Assembly (NCBI RefSeq): GCF_001194135.2
Contig: NC_068990.1
Coordinates: 72,799,465-72,863,464, forward strand
Length of the DNA: 64,000 nt
From: Octopus bimaculoides
Lineage: Eukaryota
Reading direction: 5' to 3'
Shown here: piece after piece, positions 13,254 through 25,329 of the stretch
Position numbering within the stretch: the first letter of the stretch is position 1
Layout: each line of letters starts with the position of its first letter
The notes under the pieces: generated by a model
What the model was told of the DNA's origin: nothing
The model's database searches: none
Seen by the model: the letters and a program-made list of their open reading frames with translations, nothing else
Program-made: the position numbers and the translations under genes

Positions 13254-13770
13254 TGCCTCATAATTTCCAGAAAAATGGCTCCTTCAGTGGTTTTAAAGTA
13301 CAAAAAAATTGGACTGGAGTGGGATGATGAGGGAGGGAGGGGATGGGGTTTTAAAAAAATTTTCCAAACTATTTTCATTCAAAGATGCACCTCACCTCAA
13401 TCATTTCAAAGACTGTGGTTTAAAAAAAAATGGGGGGAAATCCCTGTCAAAACAGAGTAGTTCTAACTTATTTGGTCTTCCTGATCCAAAACTCCATTTT
13501 ACCGAAACACCTCTCCCCATAAATTTCTTTATAATCGTAATCTGTGCCGTTTGAAAGGTATTTGTATAAACTTTCATTAAAATTTGGATCATGTGAATTT
13601 TTAGAAACTCTTCTCTCCACCCCCTTGGAAAAATTCTTTCTTATGAATCCCTACATACTCTGAATCCATCCACATCATCTAAGGCGTATTTGTAGAAAAT
13701 TTCATTAAAAAATATCCATTTTTCTGGAAATTACGAGGCAACAAAGTCGGGTGAGCTATACATCTCTATT
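13254..13770. mobile_element. Fold-back, MITE-like non-autonomous DNA element (left end lost in the gap)
   Basis: 25-bp inverted repeat at 13254-13278 and 13716-13740 with one mismatch. The internal motif 'gtatttgta.aaa.tttcattaaaa' occurs twice. Confidence 0.6.
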
Positions 13771-14612
13771 TATGCCCTTTTATTTATGATTTTTTCATTT
13801 CATGTTTATTTCATTCATTGCTTACAATGTTCTTTCTCCCCACCCTCTCTCTCTTTCACACACATACACACTGCAAAGCTTACAGATGTGCTGCTGAACT
13901 GAAATCTCAATGTTGCTTTGAGCGGAAGGTAAAACTTGACAAACTGCTACACGCTCCGTAGATGGACTACCTTGATGTTTGTTTAAAAAAGAGAAATTAT
14001 GATTGTGATAAAATAATGAAAGCAATATTTAAAATAATGAAAGCAAGTGGGCACTATAATACAAAAAAATAATTAGACATAAAATATTATACGAATCATT
14101 AGAATTGGGAATCAAATGTGAAAATATCATCAAGTGGAGAGCAGAAAACTGCCCGGAGAGCAGTCTTTCTGCTAGTATAGTTAATGGAAGTATGCATGAA
14201 AGTAGCATTAGAATAAAAAAAAAAGTAAATATTAATGAGAATAAAACTACATCCAATAGCTACTTATGTTCTCTATTAAGAACACCTGCACATTCACTTT
14301 AATATATAAGTCTTAAATGAGAATAACAATACATCTGCAAAATACAACCTTCTGAAATGCTAATATCAATTTGTAATATTCTCTTGATATCCATAGAAGA
14401 CTCTTTTGTTTTCTTTTTTAAAGTATTACAAATAGTTTTTACAAGCAATTTCATTTAGCTTAAATGGAAATGAGAATAGTAAGACTGGAGTCAAAAAAAT
14501 GTTGTTTAAATATTATTTGCAGTATATTTTTCATGTAGCATATTGCTTAAAATGTGAAATCCAATACTTCTAAAGGACTACAAAATACCTTGTACCCATG
14601 ATATAAAATTAA

Positions 14613-14823
14613 CCCTTTTGGGTTAATTTTCGGTCCAAATACTGTATCTGTTTCACATTCAAAATGACCAGATCTGGCCTCTCACACTTACCCTATAATG
14701 ACATTGTAAAATTAAACATTCACACTATCAAAATCTTGAAGCCCTGAGATAATACATGATTAATCCAAAACAATGTGATTATATAAGTATTACATTTGAC
14801 GGCGTAATCTGCATGCTAGGGGG
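14613..14823 (+). mobile_element. piggyBac-type MITE
   Basis: TTAA|CCC...GGG|TTAA ends. Body is shared with the copies at 21872, 24166, 28654 and 59793. Confidence 0.75.
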
Positions 14824-14881
14824 TTAAAAAGGGACTCTACATAAATATTTTGCATTTATATTTCAATATACATAACTGTAG

Positions 14882-14985
14882 TAGCATGAATGAAATACCA
14901 TCATCAATAGCATGAACGAAATACCATCATCAATAGCATGAACGAAATACCATCATCAATAGCATGAACGAAATATCATCATCAA
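14882..14985. repeat. 26-bp minisatellite x4
   Basis: Unit tagcatgaacgaaataccatcatcaa, with two single-base variants. Confidence 0.95.
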
Positions 14986-15414
14986 TATTATTTAGCAACT
15001 GTTTGCCATGCTTGCATGGCTTAGACAAAACCTATATAATAATTCTTCTAGGTTAGGAATTTATTTTAAAACTCGATATAAATAGTTCTTCCAATTTCTA
15101 TTCTTATTTTAACAATTATTTTCAGTACCTTAATTCTTCATACCTTATAATTCAATAAATTTATTTATGAAAACCTATAACAAACAGTTTCAACTGAATT
15201 TAAGAGCTGTAATAGAGTGTTTGTTCAATGAAGAAAATATAAGCTATCTATGATTGACAGATCCTTGATATTAAAAGGGAATCTGTCAGTCATTTAAAAA
15301 TTTTTTTAAGTAAAAACAAAATTATTTTGAAAACCTATTCATGGAATAAACTTATCACAACTTCAATTAAGAGTTGATCCTTTCCTCAGGAAATTGCAGT
15401 AGAAAAATTTACTT

Positions 15415-15660
15415 CTATACAGCTGATAAGCAGATTTCTCTTCGACAGTGTTTCAATGTAACAAAGATAATTTTTGCAGTTACTTCATTTTGCAAATACT
15501 GTGCTGTCCTCTTCGACAAACTAATTTCCTTATGATAGTTTGCTTTGTTCTTGTTCAGAATGTTATTTTTCAAACTGACAGCCTTGCTTCGACATTCTAC
15601 AAATAAACAGCTTTCTAAGGAATAGTCAAACTTAAATGAAAGAAACTTTAAAAATCCCAT
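15415..15660 (-). pseudogene. Possible hAT (Charlie/SPIN-like) transposase fragment
   Basis: LFVECRSKAVS...KEISLSKRTAQ loosely resembles EF.KEC..KAA...ISLSR.TV. No catalytic motifs are seen. Confidence 0.2.
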
Positions 15661-15929
15661 ATCAACTGATGGAATTTAATTCTTGACAGCCTCCCAAACA
15701 CCTGTACAACATCTCTTTGTGAAGATATATTTATCAAATATATGTTTGAAAATTATGAAGTATTTATTTCCTGCACCATGAATTGGGAAGATAAGTTTGG
15801 TATTTTAAGGCTCCACTAGTTATTAGAGATATTTCCATTCTGAGATTTTGAATAACACATTCAGTTAAATGTATTAAAGAGATAATTTTCTCTGCATAAC
15901 ATCATTTAACACAGTTAAATTGTTTATAG

Positions 15930-15990
15930 CAGCAGTCCCCTAAACTTTACAGCACCACAGACTGGTTTCATGCCAAACACTTGTTCACGT
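15930..15990 (+). mobile_element. hAT-Charlie-type terminal sequence
   Basis: cagcagtcccctaaactttacagcaccacagactggtttcatg resembles CAGCGGTCCCCAACC...GGCACCAGGGACCGGTTTC ends. A similar CAGTGATTCTCAACC end lies at 58996. Confidence 0.35.
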
Positions 15991-16284
15991 GCATAACAAA
16001 ACACAATAAAGTACATACTATACAATTTGGTTCTTACATATGTAATACATATCTGTGCACAGAAGTTAAGGTGGAAGCCAGGAGGAGATGAGGAACAGTG
16101 ATTTGGCCATCTCTGTTAACCCACCACCAGGAGGGTGTTGAAGTTCAGGGTTAAAACACCTGATGACCATTGGACACCATCTGATGACATCAGTTTCTTC
16201 TGACCAAAAATCCATTCACTTCGGTGAATGGAAAAGAAGCACCTTCTTCAAGGAGGTATCAACACACACACACGTGCACACATA

Positions 16285-16400
16285 CATACATAGATACACA
16301 CACAATGGGTTTCTTTCAGATTCCATCAACCAAATCTACTCACAAAGTCCAAGACCATGTTGTTGAGAAGCAAACTTCTTACCACAAAGCCATACCTGTG
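16285..16400 (-). mobile_element. SINE family A partial
   Basis: 'gggtttctttcagattccatcaaccaaatctactcacaaag...cttaccacaaagccatacctgtgc'. Confidence 0.65.
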
Positions 16401-18371
16401 CCTATATTAATGTTTAATATACATGAAATAATTATGACTGATGCAATTGACTCTTGGGGTAAAAGATTACAAATCACATAATGATAGGTGTTGTGTGATG
16501 TTTGAATATATCAGTCAAGTTAGATAGCTGAAAATCAACAAGAAGAGCATTCTAATATCTAAGGGTAGGGCAGGAAGGAAGCTCTACCATTGCATCACTT
16601 AATATGAAAATTGATGTTGTGTTCTGGTTCATGGTGGTGGTGGTGGTGGTCGTAGTGATGATGATAATGATGATGATGATGGTTGTTTTACAATTATTAT
16701 ATTTATTATTATGAAAAGAGTAATGGTTAATGGTTTGCAACTAAAAATAAATTTTGCTTAAAGCAAATTGTTATGAAAACTGACAGCTGTAAAAAAAAAT
16801 AATGATTAAATTAAAAAAATACTGGCGTTAACCTGGCTGATTGTTGAAAAATGACAACTGCTTTTGTTAAAGATAATTTGCACTAAAAGAATACAGACTT
16901 TTCAAAGAAAATTCAATGAGATTTCTTGTAATACGAGTTCAATGAATAAATGAAATTTAAGATAAATTACAGGTAATTTTCTCAATAAAAAATAATCTCA
17001 TATAAAACTTATTCACACACACACACACATTTTAAATCAGTAATATTCTCAGCAAAGAATAAATAACCATTACATAAATAACAATCTTTAACAAAATTAA
17101 AGACTTAAAATTAACTCTTGAAAATATGGTAGTAACTTTTAAGAGATAACTGTATTGAAAAAGAAAGAGACAGGAAAGAGAATATGAGGGGGGAAGGAGC
17201 GAAAGAGTGAGAAAAAGAGAGAGAGAGAGAGTGGTGGGTAAATGTGCACATTTATAGATGTCTCCACATAATTTCTTTTAAAGTAGAAGAAATGGTGCAC
17301 ATGAGTGGATAATCTTACTTGGCCCTGAGGGACAATAATGTGCATGAATGCATGCATAAACATATAGACACAAGTTGCTGTGTTATAAACTCTCTGTATA
17401 GAGACGCATGTGACTATGTACGTGGTTGTATTTAGTCAGTGTGGATGAGAATATAAAAGTTTATTTCTGTGTCTTTCTCAACCTAATTCAAAAAGCAAGT
17501 AAAGGAAATAAAAACTGGAATAAGGAAACATAAAGGCTTCAAATAATCTAATAATAATAATAATAATAATAATGATAATAATAATAAAATTAGTAAAAAA
17601 ACCAAAACGTATTTTCAGTTTTAATGTTGAACTAAATACACCATCTTAGTATGAGAAATAGCTGAATAAGTTAAATGAATATTATTAGTTTTGGAAATTG
17701 AATGACAGTAGTTCCTATGAGTGAATAGAAGAAATCAAGCAGAACCATATGCCTAAATATTATGGTGAGCAAAGTGAAAGTTTAGTGCAGTTGACCAATT
17801 GACATGAAAGAAAGTCTTGGAATGAAAATTCAAAACATCAGTTCAAGATTAATCATTTTGCTGAAATATTTGTGAATTTGCAATGTGATATATTTTCTCA
17901 GCCTATTCTCAGGTAAAAGGTTATTCAGTGTTTATTGGATAGACTTCTACATACAGTTGAACGCTGACACACTTGTTATTCATGTATGCACATTAATAAT
18001 GTGTGCCGAAAGACGTGCATATATACATTAATAAAGTGTGTGTGTATATACATTAATAAAGTGTGCCAAAGATATGAATAATATTCATCTATTATGTTTA
18101 AATAAATTACATTATCATACTGAAGAATGTTGCATCTGTGCAACTGTCTCCCTTGGAGGTTGCTGAGAAAATAATTACCTGAATGACATTTATCACTATC
18201 TCAATTTTGTAATTAGGCAATTATTTACTGTTTCAGTAGGAACAAAAATGATCTGTGAATGTAAAGAAGTCTGTTGTCATAGAGAAAATGTAAACAGCAG
18301 ACAAAGAATTTCAAGCATTACATACATAAATACAGACATACATATGCACATACACACATACATAGATTCGT

Positions 18372-18410
<39 letters not shown>

Positions 18411-19367
18411 AACATAAGTAAGGACTTAATTAATTAAACTAATTATTATAGGTTTATTTTCTACGAAATAATAAAGACTTCATTTCCAAACATGCAAATA
18501 GTCATAGAAAATAATTATAAAATATAAAACATAAAATTCAAAGAAAACTGAATTCCAATGTTAATATCTTTAATTAACATAGTTTGATTTTTGTTTTTTG
18601 TCTTTTATTTCTAATGATACTACGGACTACAAACATGCCATCTTAAGATAATAATTTAGACTGGAATTCTTAGACACTTTGATCTAAAGTACTACTGCCA
18701 GTAACCAATATCAACTGATGACTTAATGTGTTCTAAAAATATTCTTTTTAATTTTTGCTTTTGTCATAAACCCGAAGTTTTTTGTTTGTTTTGTTTTGTT
18801 GTTTTTTTTAATGAAGTATGATACTTTAGAAATAAGGAGTGAAGAAATGGGAGATTTGTTGCTCAAACCTTTCCAAGAGACATTACTACAGTGAGACTGT
18901 TCCAATCAGGAAACTGTATCAGAGATACAATCTGCAGTGAAACTACAGCCATACAGTGCACTCATAAGCCTGGGATAATTATAATATATGAAAGACACGT
19001 ACATTAGTCCTTCTATAATCATGAATTGGCTGCCTGTATTTTAATAGTCAAGAATTTGGAATGCTAACTATTTTTTTATGTATTCTTACTTAAGCTAGAG
19101 TTAGAAAACAATTTCAAAGGTTCTTAAAAATAAAGTGAAAATGTTTTATGTTATCAGACATGTAGTAATGGAATTTCAAATTAAACATGGGCAGTTTTCA
19201 GATGGGATGGTCACATGAGACCAGGGCTGTGTGGAGCACAACAATGATTACTTCATATGTTATCACAAATATCTGCCAGCCAAAGTAAGAGAAATTCATT
19301 CATTCAAGGAAGAGCAATTTTTATACTTTAGTCATCTTAATGAAAACGGAGCAATATATCTACTCAC

Positions 19368-19422
19368 CCACCATAAATTCCGCAGAAAGTAGAACAAATT
19401 GACAAATAATTTCATACACTAA
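19368..19422 (-). CDS. Candidate exon F (55 nt)
   Basis: Acceptor tgttgttctcag, donor tgg|gtgagt. The only open frame is LVYEIICQFVLLSAEFMV (phase 0 to 1). Confidence 0.3.
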
Positions 19423-21871
19423 CTGAGAACAACACTAAATTTTTCAAATCATGCTTGTACAAATCATTTCCTTTAGATTTCCTAGGTTTCAAAATCTCTG
19501 TTGCCAGAATCTTTTCATTCAAAACCTCCAAACATTTATCAGTTTTCAATTAATTCAGCACTTTAACCTTATGTCATTTCCTTGTGTTCATTGGTGAGAT
19601 GGCTACTCAAATAGGTAATATTTGCCTTACTTCACAGTACAGTGACTGGGAGAAACTCTAAATTTTTTGGCTTAAATTCTAACATCGTTGAATCAGTTGG
19701 CCACTGAAGCTTTATTTCCAGTCATATTTCATTAAAAAGCAGGTTGCTCTGGCATTCACTTAGCACTAAAATACATGCACCATTGAGATCAAATATGATA
19801 TCTATGATAGGATGACAAACAATTATACCAAAGTATAAAAATTGTATGATTTTTGATATTTGTACAAATCAAAGTAGAAATATAACAGTATCACTGCACT
19901 ACAAACTGAATTGGCCATTTAGGTGAGATGTAACCACCATAAAAAAAATTATGCAGAGACTATACGGCATGTCCCACATTTTTCTTGAAAATTAAGGCTA
20001 ATGCTTAAGATAACAATAATTGTGTTGATTTCAATATAATCTAGTCTGTTATTAGGATGGCTTTATAGTTATCTTCTATTTTAACAACATATCATACTCT
20101 CTCATTGTATATAGCATTACTCAGCTCTGAAGCTGTGATGTGATAAGGACAAAATTCAAAAGATGGCAATTTTAAGGCAGTTAACAATACAAATTACAGA
20201 CCAATTTGTTGTACAACCAAGTTCTGGATCAAGCAAGCCATAAACAAAGAATATGAGCAGTGTCCAAAGCAAGCAAATAAAATGCATGGTTCACTGATTA
20301 GTAATTGTTCTCATTGTCGTTGAACCCCCATAAGTGAACCTTGATCAAGTTGTTCCAGCCAGAGCAATAATATCTCTTTGTATATCAGGCACTGTATTAT
20401 CAGATGTGTCCCTTTGTTTTTTCAAGATGACAGATAATGCTACAGATATGAAAAAAAAGTTGAGTATGAGTTGGTTATTATTTCTAACATGTCAAGCAAC
20501 TGCATAGAGGATTTTTTTAGCTTAATCAATAACAATTTCATCAACAGAGGTAATTCTTTAAATTACCTGGTACACTTATTGTTTTGGTGCTATAGCAATT
20601 AAATGAAGCTTTTATTAGTGAAGTTTGTGCTTTCATTAAGGACATTTGCCATCCCCAATTCTATTCTATATTATAAATGGTTTATAACATAGCTATATGT
20701 CTATGATTGAATAAAAATCATATCTCTGGTGTGAACTGCTTTCATTATTCCTATAAAGACACAAATAAATTCTTTCTTCTTAGAACCGGAATAATAATGA
20801 CATTTCAACTGAATAGTGTTTTCTCTCTGTATTTGACACACCCTTCATTTACTTAATGTAGTATTTGAATTTGATAAATGATACAGATATAAGTCTAAGG
20901 AATAGGGGAAAAAAAAAACTAGATGCATTCAGCTTTAATTGAGTAGACCTACAATCAAGGACCTTCCAACCATGATCATCTTTCCTGTCTTATTTTTAGT
21001 GTAGCTGCTTTTCTAAATGTGATGTGAAGGAAAATTTGGCTGCTAGAAATAACAGCCTCATAGTTTTGTATGCTATAAATAGTTTTATATGGAAATGAAT
21101 GTGATTTTAGCCTGAATAGAAAATATTGGATAAACACAACTTGTGAAGAGCTAAAGCCTAATGATAGTGACAAGCTTGTCAATTAAACAAATGAACTTTT
21201 ATTTGCACCACAGTGGTCGACCATTCTAGAGAGGTAGATAGTAAAAGAATTGATGATTTTGTTCTGAAATAGAACCAAATTTCTTAACTGTGCTTAATAT
21301 CAGATACATGGACTGCAAAAGATAGTGTAGCAGAAAATTAGCCCTAATGCTTAAATAAATGAAACAACTAAGATAAGGAGTTTCTTAAAAGAAAGAGAAA
21401 TTTCAGTGACGATAATAATCAACTTTCAAGGCCTTGTATTAAGTATGTGGTAAAAAAAAATCCTCTTCAGAATCATATGGTTCCAAGTTTACTCCCACTG
21501 CACAACACATTAGGTGTGTATCTTTTACTGTAGCTTCAGGTCAACCCAAATCCTATGAGCAAAACTTGGTAGTCAAAAATTGTGTAGAAGTCAGTCCATC
21601 ATATTGACAGCATCTGTTTTATTGTTTGATAGACTTTATCTCTTGCTAAAGTTAACATGACCACCACCTAGCTCTTAGGTGTCCACTTTGTTACAGACAG
21701 GTGTCTGGTCTGAAGAATACTTGATATCCTAGGTTTGAGGCTTCCTACAGCAATAACTCAGGAATTGTGTTTTTCTTCTTCCTTTTCCCCCATCTAGTCC
21801 AGGAGGCCCTGCAAAATAATGTCACAAGCACTTCCCTTCCTCCTCTGACAAAGAAATATTGTTTTTTTTAA

Positions 21872-22087
21872 CCTTTTAGCATTCAGATTATTCTGTCAGA
21901 TGTAATGCTTCTTTGTTCCCATTGTTTTCAATTAATTTTGCATTATATCATAGCTTTGAGATTTTGATGATGTAACTTTATTTTTAGAATGACATTGTAG
22001 GATAGGTGTGAGAGCTGGATCTGTCTAGTTTGAACAGCAAAACAGAGCATATTTGGGCTGATCATGGCCAGTTTAAATGCTAAAGGG
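21872..22087 (-). mobile_element. piggyBac-type MITE
   Basis: TTAA at 21868-21871 and 22088-22091. TIRs CC(T)TTTAGCATT / AATGCTAAAGGG. Confidence 0.8.
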
Positions 22088-22881
22088 TTAAATAAGAGCC
22101 TAGTGATAGAACATTCCAGCATGTAATTGATAGGTGCTAAGTAACAAAATAACAATCAAATCACACTCTTAAATAATGTAAAACATACTGACCACCAGTC
22201 ACCTGTAAAGAAGGATTCTAATTTGTTAGCTGTCTATTTATTTTTGATCAAGTTATATGATTGTGACAATACCAAATGCTATGGTAAGAAATGAGAGTTG
22301 ATGTGTATGGTCATACAGATGCTTCTTCCTGGGTCCTCATAAATATTTTAACATGGCAAAATGCTGAAGCAAATAGATGAGGTAAGGCATGCCTTTGTCA
22401 TATGTTAGAACAAGAGGAAGACAAATTAGCAACAATTATTGATTAGAAACTACGTATTCAGAATAGAGTGTGGAGACAAGGTACAAAACCAATTTTTAAA
22501 TCTAAGAGAATAGGCCAAAATGTGATAGAAGAGAGAAATAGAACACTGCTCTTTTAGTTTAGAAATGCCTAATGGTTGTGCATTACTATTACAAAATTAT
22601 ATCAGTTTATACAAAGGTTTTCATTGCAGGATAGAATACAGATAAAAAGCAGATACTCATTGAAAGAGAATGTAGAATAGCTGAACAAGAACTGTAGACA
22701 AATGATCATGAAGAGTGAAAAGAAATATGTTATTAGGGTTGGGGATACACTGAGCTTGATTAAATAAAAAGGAAATCATTCATTGAAAGGAAAGAGTCAG
22801 AGGTAAAATCTCTCCATTGGTTTTACTCATATTATTTACTATCAAATATGTTGATAATATAAAGATTAACAAAGTAGCTAG

Positions 22882-23294
22882 TAATGTACTTAACCAGAAA
22901 ATGGAATATTTATAGCTATTTGATAAGGCAAAAAAAAAAACAGAAATTGCTGACCATAATTCAAAGAAAATGTTTCAGCTCTCTTTTCCCACCCCCTTTT
23001 CCAAATTGGGGTTAGATTCAGTATTAGAATCACAGGAAAATAAATTTGCATTAATTGACAAGCTATTTATTTCATAAATACACAAGTTTTGATACAAGAT
23101 TCAACTTTAAAATGGGTAACATTCCTGGTCGTAATTATTTAATATGCAGTGAAATTAAACAGTTTTCCTTTAAAGAAGAGTTCATCATGATTTTGTTTCA
23201 GTTACTAATGTACTTAACCAGAAAATGGAATATTCATAGTCATTTGATAAGGCAAGAAAAAAAAAAAAAAGAAAAAGAAATTGCTGACCATAAT
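22882..23294. repeat. Dispersed direct duplication (about 80-90 bp)
   Basis: 22882-22960 and 23206-23294 share taatgtacttaaccagaaaatggaatatt...tttgataaggcaa(A)n.gaaattgctgaccataat. Confidence 0.85.
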
Positions 23295-23671
23295 CAAAAG
23301 GTAATTTATAGCAACATCTACTTAACCAATACATATATTAAATAGCTAGTATCATTACTGTAGATTTAATAATTTACAAGATGACATTTTGAATTATAAA
23401 AGTTGAGTTGAGTGACTATGATATAACAACAGGAAGGAAGAGGAGGCCATGGACATTTAACCAAAAAATGAAAATGTAACTAAGTATTGGGAAAGAACAG
23501 CTAAAGTTAAGCAGTAATAATCAAGATTGTTGTATAATGAAAAGATATGATATGATTCTGGAAGATGGAACTGGGAAATATAGATAGAGCTCACTTTAGA
23601 AAAAAGAGAGTTCTTCTTAATGAAATATTATTAAACTAAAAATATTCCTTATAAAAATAGGCACAGATATG

Positions 23672-23985
23672 GCAGTGTGATAAGATGTTTGTTTCCCAAC
23701 CAAGGCCTGGGTTGACCAAAGCCTTGTGAGTGGATTTGGTAGATGAAAATTGAAAGAAGCCTATTGTGTATAAGTGTGCGTGCATGCATGTGCGCATGTG
23801 TGTGTGTGTGTGTGTATGAGTTTCTTTGTGTTTGTTTACATCCCTATAAATTAGCAGTTCAGCCGAAAACACTGATAGGATGATAAATCCCAAACTTTAA
23901 ATAAGTATTGGGATCAATTTGTTCAACTAAACCTTTCAAGGCAGTGCTCCAGCATGGCTGCATATAAGATAAAGATAACAGGTGC
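23672..23985 (+). mobile_element. SINE family A, diverged
   Basis: 'gaccaaagccttgtgagtggatttggtagatgaaaattgaaagaagcc...gtgctccagcatggctgca'. Confidence 0.75.
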
Positions 23986-24165
23986 AAGAAGATATCAGAA
24001 TATGTGCAAGAATATATCAGATAACTCCTTATGGTAGAGACGATGAACAAGATGTGGTAGAGAAGAAAACGATTCTTTACATAAATGAGATTTGTAGCAG
24101 TGTGAACATGCGAGTCGTGGCTTTCAGGTATTTCCGAAAGCAACTTGTTGCGAACCTATATCTAA

Positions 24166-24385
24166 CCCTTTAGCGTTTAAACGAGCCATATCCGGCCAAA
24201 ATATTCAATTTCTTTCATGTTCAAATTGTCCAGATCTAGCCTCTCACACCAGCCTTACAATATCATTCTAAAAATTAATAGTTACCTCATTAAAATCTCA
24301 AAGCTATGAGTTAATGCAGGATTAATTCAAAACAAAATGAATAAATAATCATTACTTTTAATAGAATTATGTGAATACTAAAGGG
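24166..24385 (+). mobile_element. piggyBac-type MITE
   Basis: (c)taa|CCCTTTAGCGTTTAAAC ... CTAAAGGG|TTAA. Confidence 0.8.
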
Positions 24386-25329
24386 TTAACATGTTTGTCG
24401 AATCTCTTTCTCCATAACCACAACCCTCGTCCACCTCAGGAAGTCTATAGCCTGTTGTTTATCATACACAAAATGAAATTTGACTTTATAAAAATTTGTC
24501 TAGGTATTACTAATTTAAAAGATGCATATATATATTTGATAAAAGTCATTAGCAGCAATCACACACATACACACACACTCTCTCTCTCTCTCTCTCGTAT
24601 ATTCTATTTTAAACAACTGTGTTCTATAGTATGAACCTTCCTAAACAACAACAACAAAAACAGGAAAAAAAATTTTAATAACAATAAGAAGCAATATAGA
24701 AATTATTAAAATAATATGAAATTATTATTAATTAAATAATAAGAAGTAGAATTAATATTGTACACAATCAAAGAAATTTGAGCAATTAAAAAGGAAAAAA
24801 ATATATCATATAAAAAAATCATGAAATATTTACAAACAAAAGAAAATAATATTGTTAGTCTTCTAATTTAGCAGAGAAAACAGGATATGAGATTCCCAAG
24901 ATTGAAGACTACAAACTTTTTATGACCATTTCTTTAACTTTTTATTATTTTTCTTTTTCATACATTTATTTCGTTTTCTTAAAGAATAAACTCCACAACA
25001 TTAAGAAAGAGAGAAAGCAATCNNNNNNNNNNNNNNNNNNNNNNNNNNNNNNNNNNNNNNNNNNNNNNNNNNNNNNNNNNNNNNNNNNNNNNNNNNNNNN
25101 NNNNNNNNNNNNNNNNNNNNNNNNNNNNNNNNNNNNNNNNNNNNNNNNNNNNNNNNNNNNNNNNNNNNNNNNNNNNNNNNNNNNNNNNNNNNNNNNNNNN
25201 NNNNNNNNNNNNNNNNNNNNNNNNNNNNNNNNNNNNNNNNNNNTTTGTTGATCAGGTAAAAAGAAAAGAAAAAGGTTAATCTTGCCATGGATATTCCACT
25301 AACAGATAACATTAACTGCTGTCATGAAC

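Noticed and set aside
12694-13378. Long ORFs over N-runs (also 24922-25312 and 51485-52600)
   Set aside because: They are open only because N codons give no stops.
18173-18200. Additional AG|GT junctions (minus 18179 and 50864; plus 17912 and 58038)
   Set aside because: Weak pyrimidine tracts or non-consensus donors, at a frequency expected by chance.
21774-21808. Collagen-like GPPGLDGGKGEE after a minus-strand ttttgcag acceptor
   Set aside because: Only four triplets, no donor, a stop follows within five codons, and no other Gly-X-Y exons were found.
22319-22381. C-type-lectin-like CFFLGPHKYLTWQNAEA
   Set aside because: A stop follows at once, the next conserved Cys is missing, and no further domain sequence is present.
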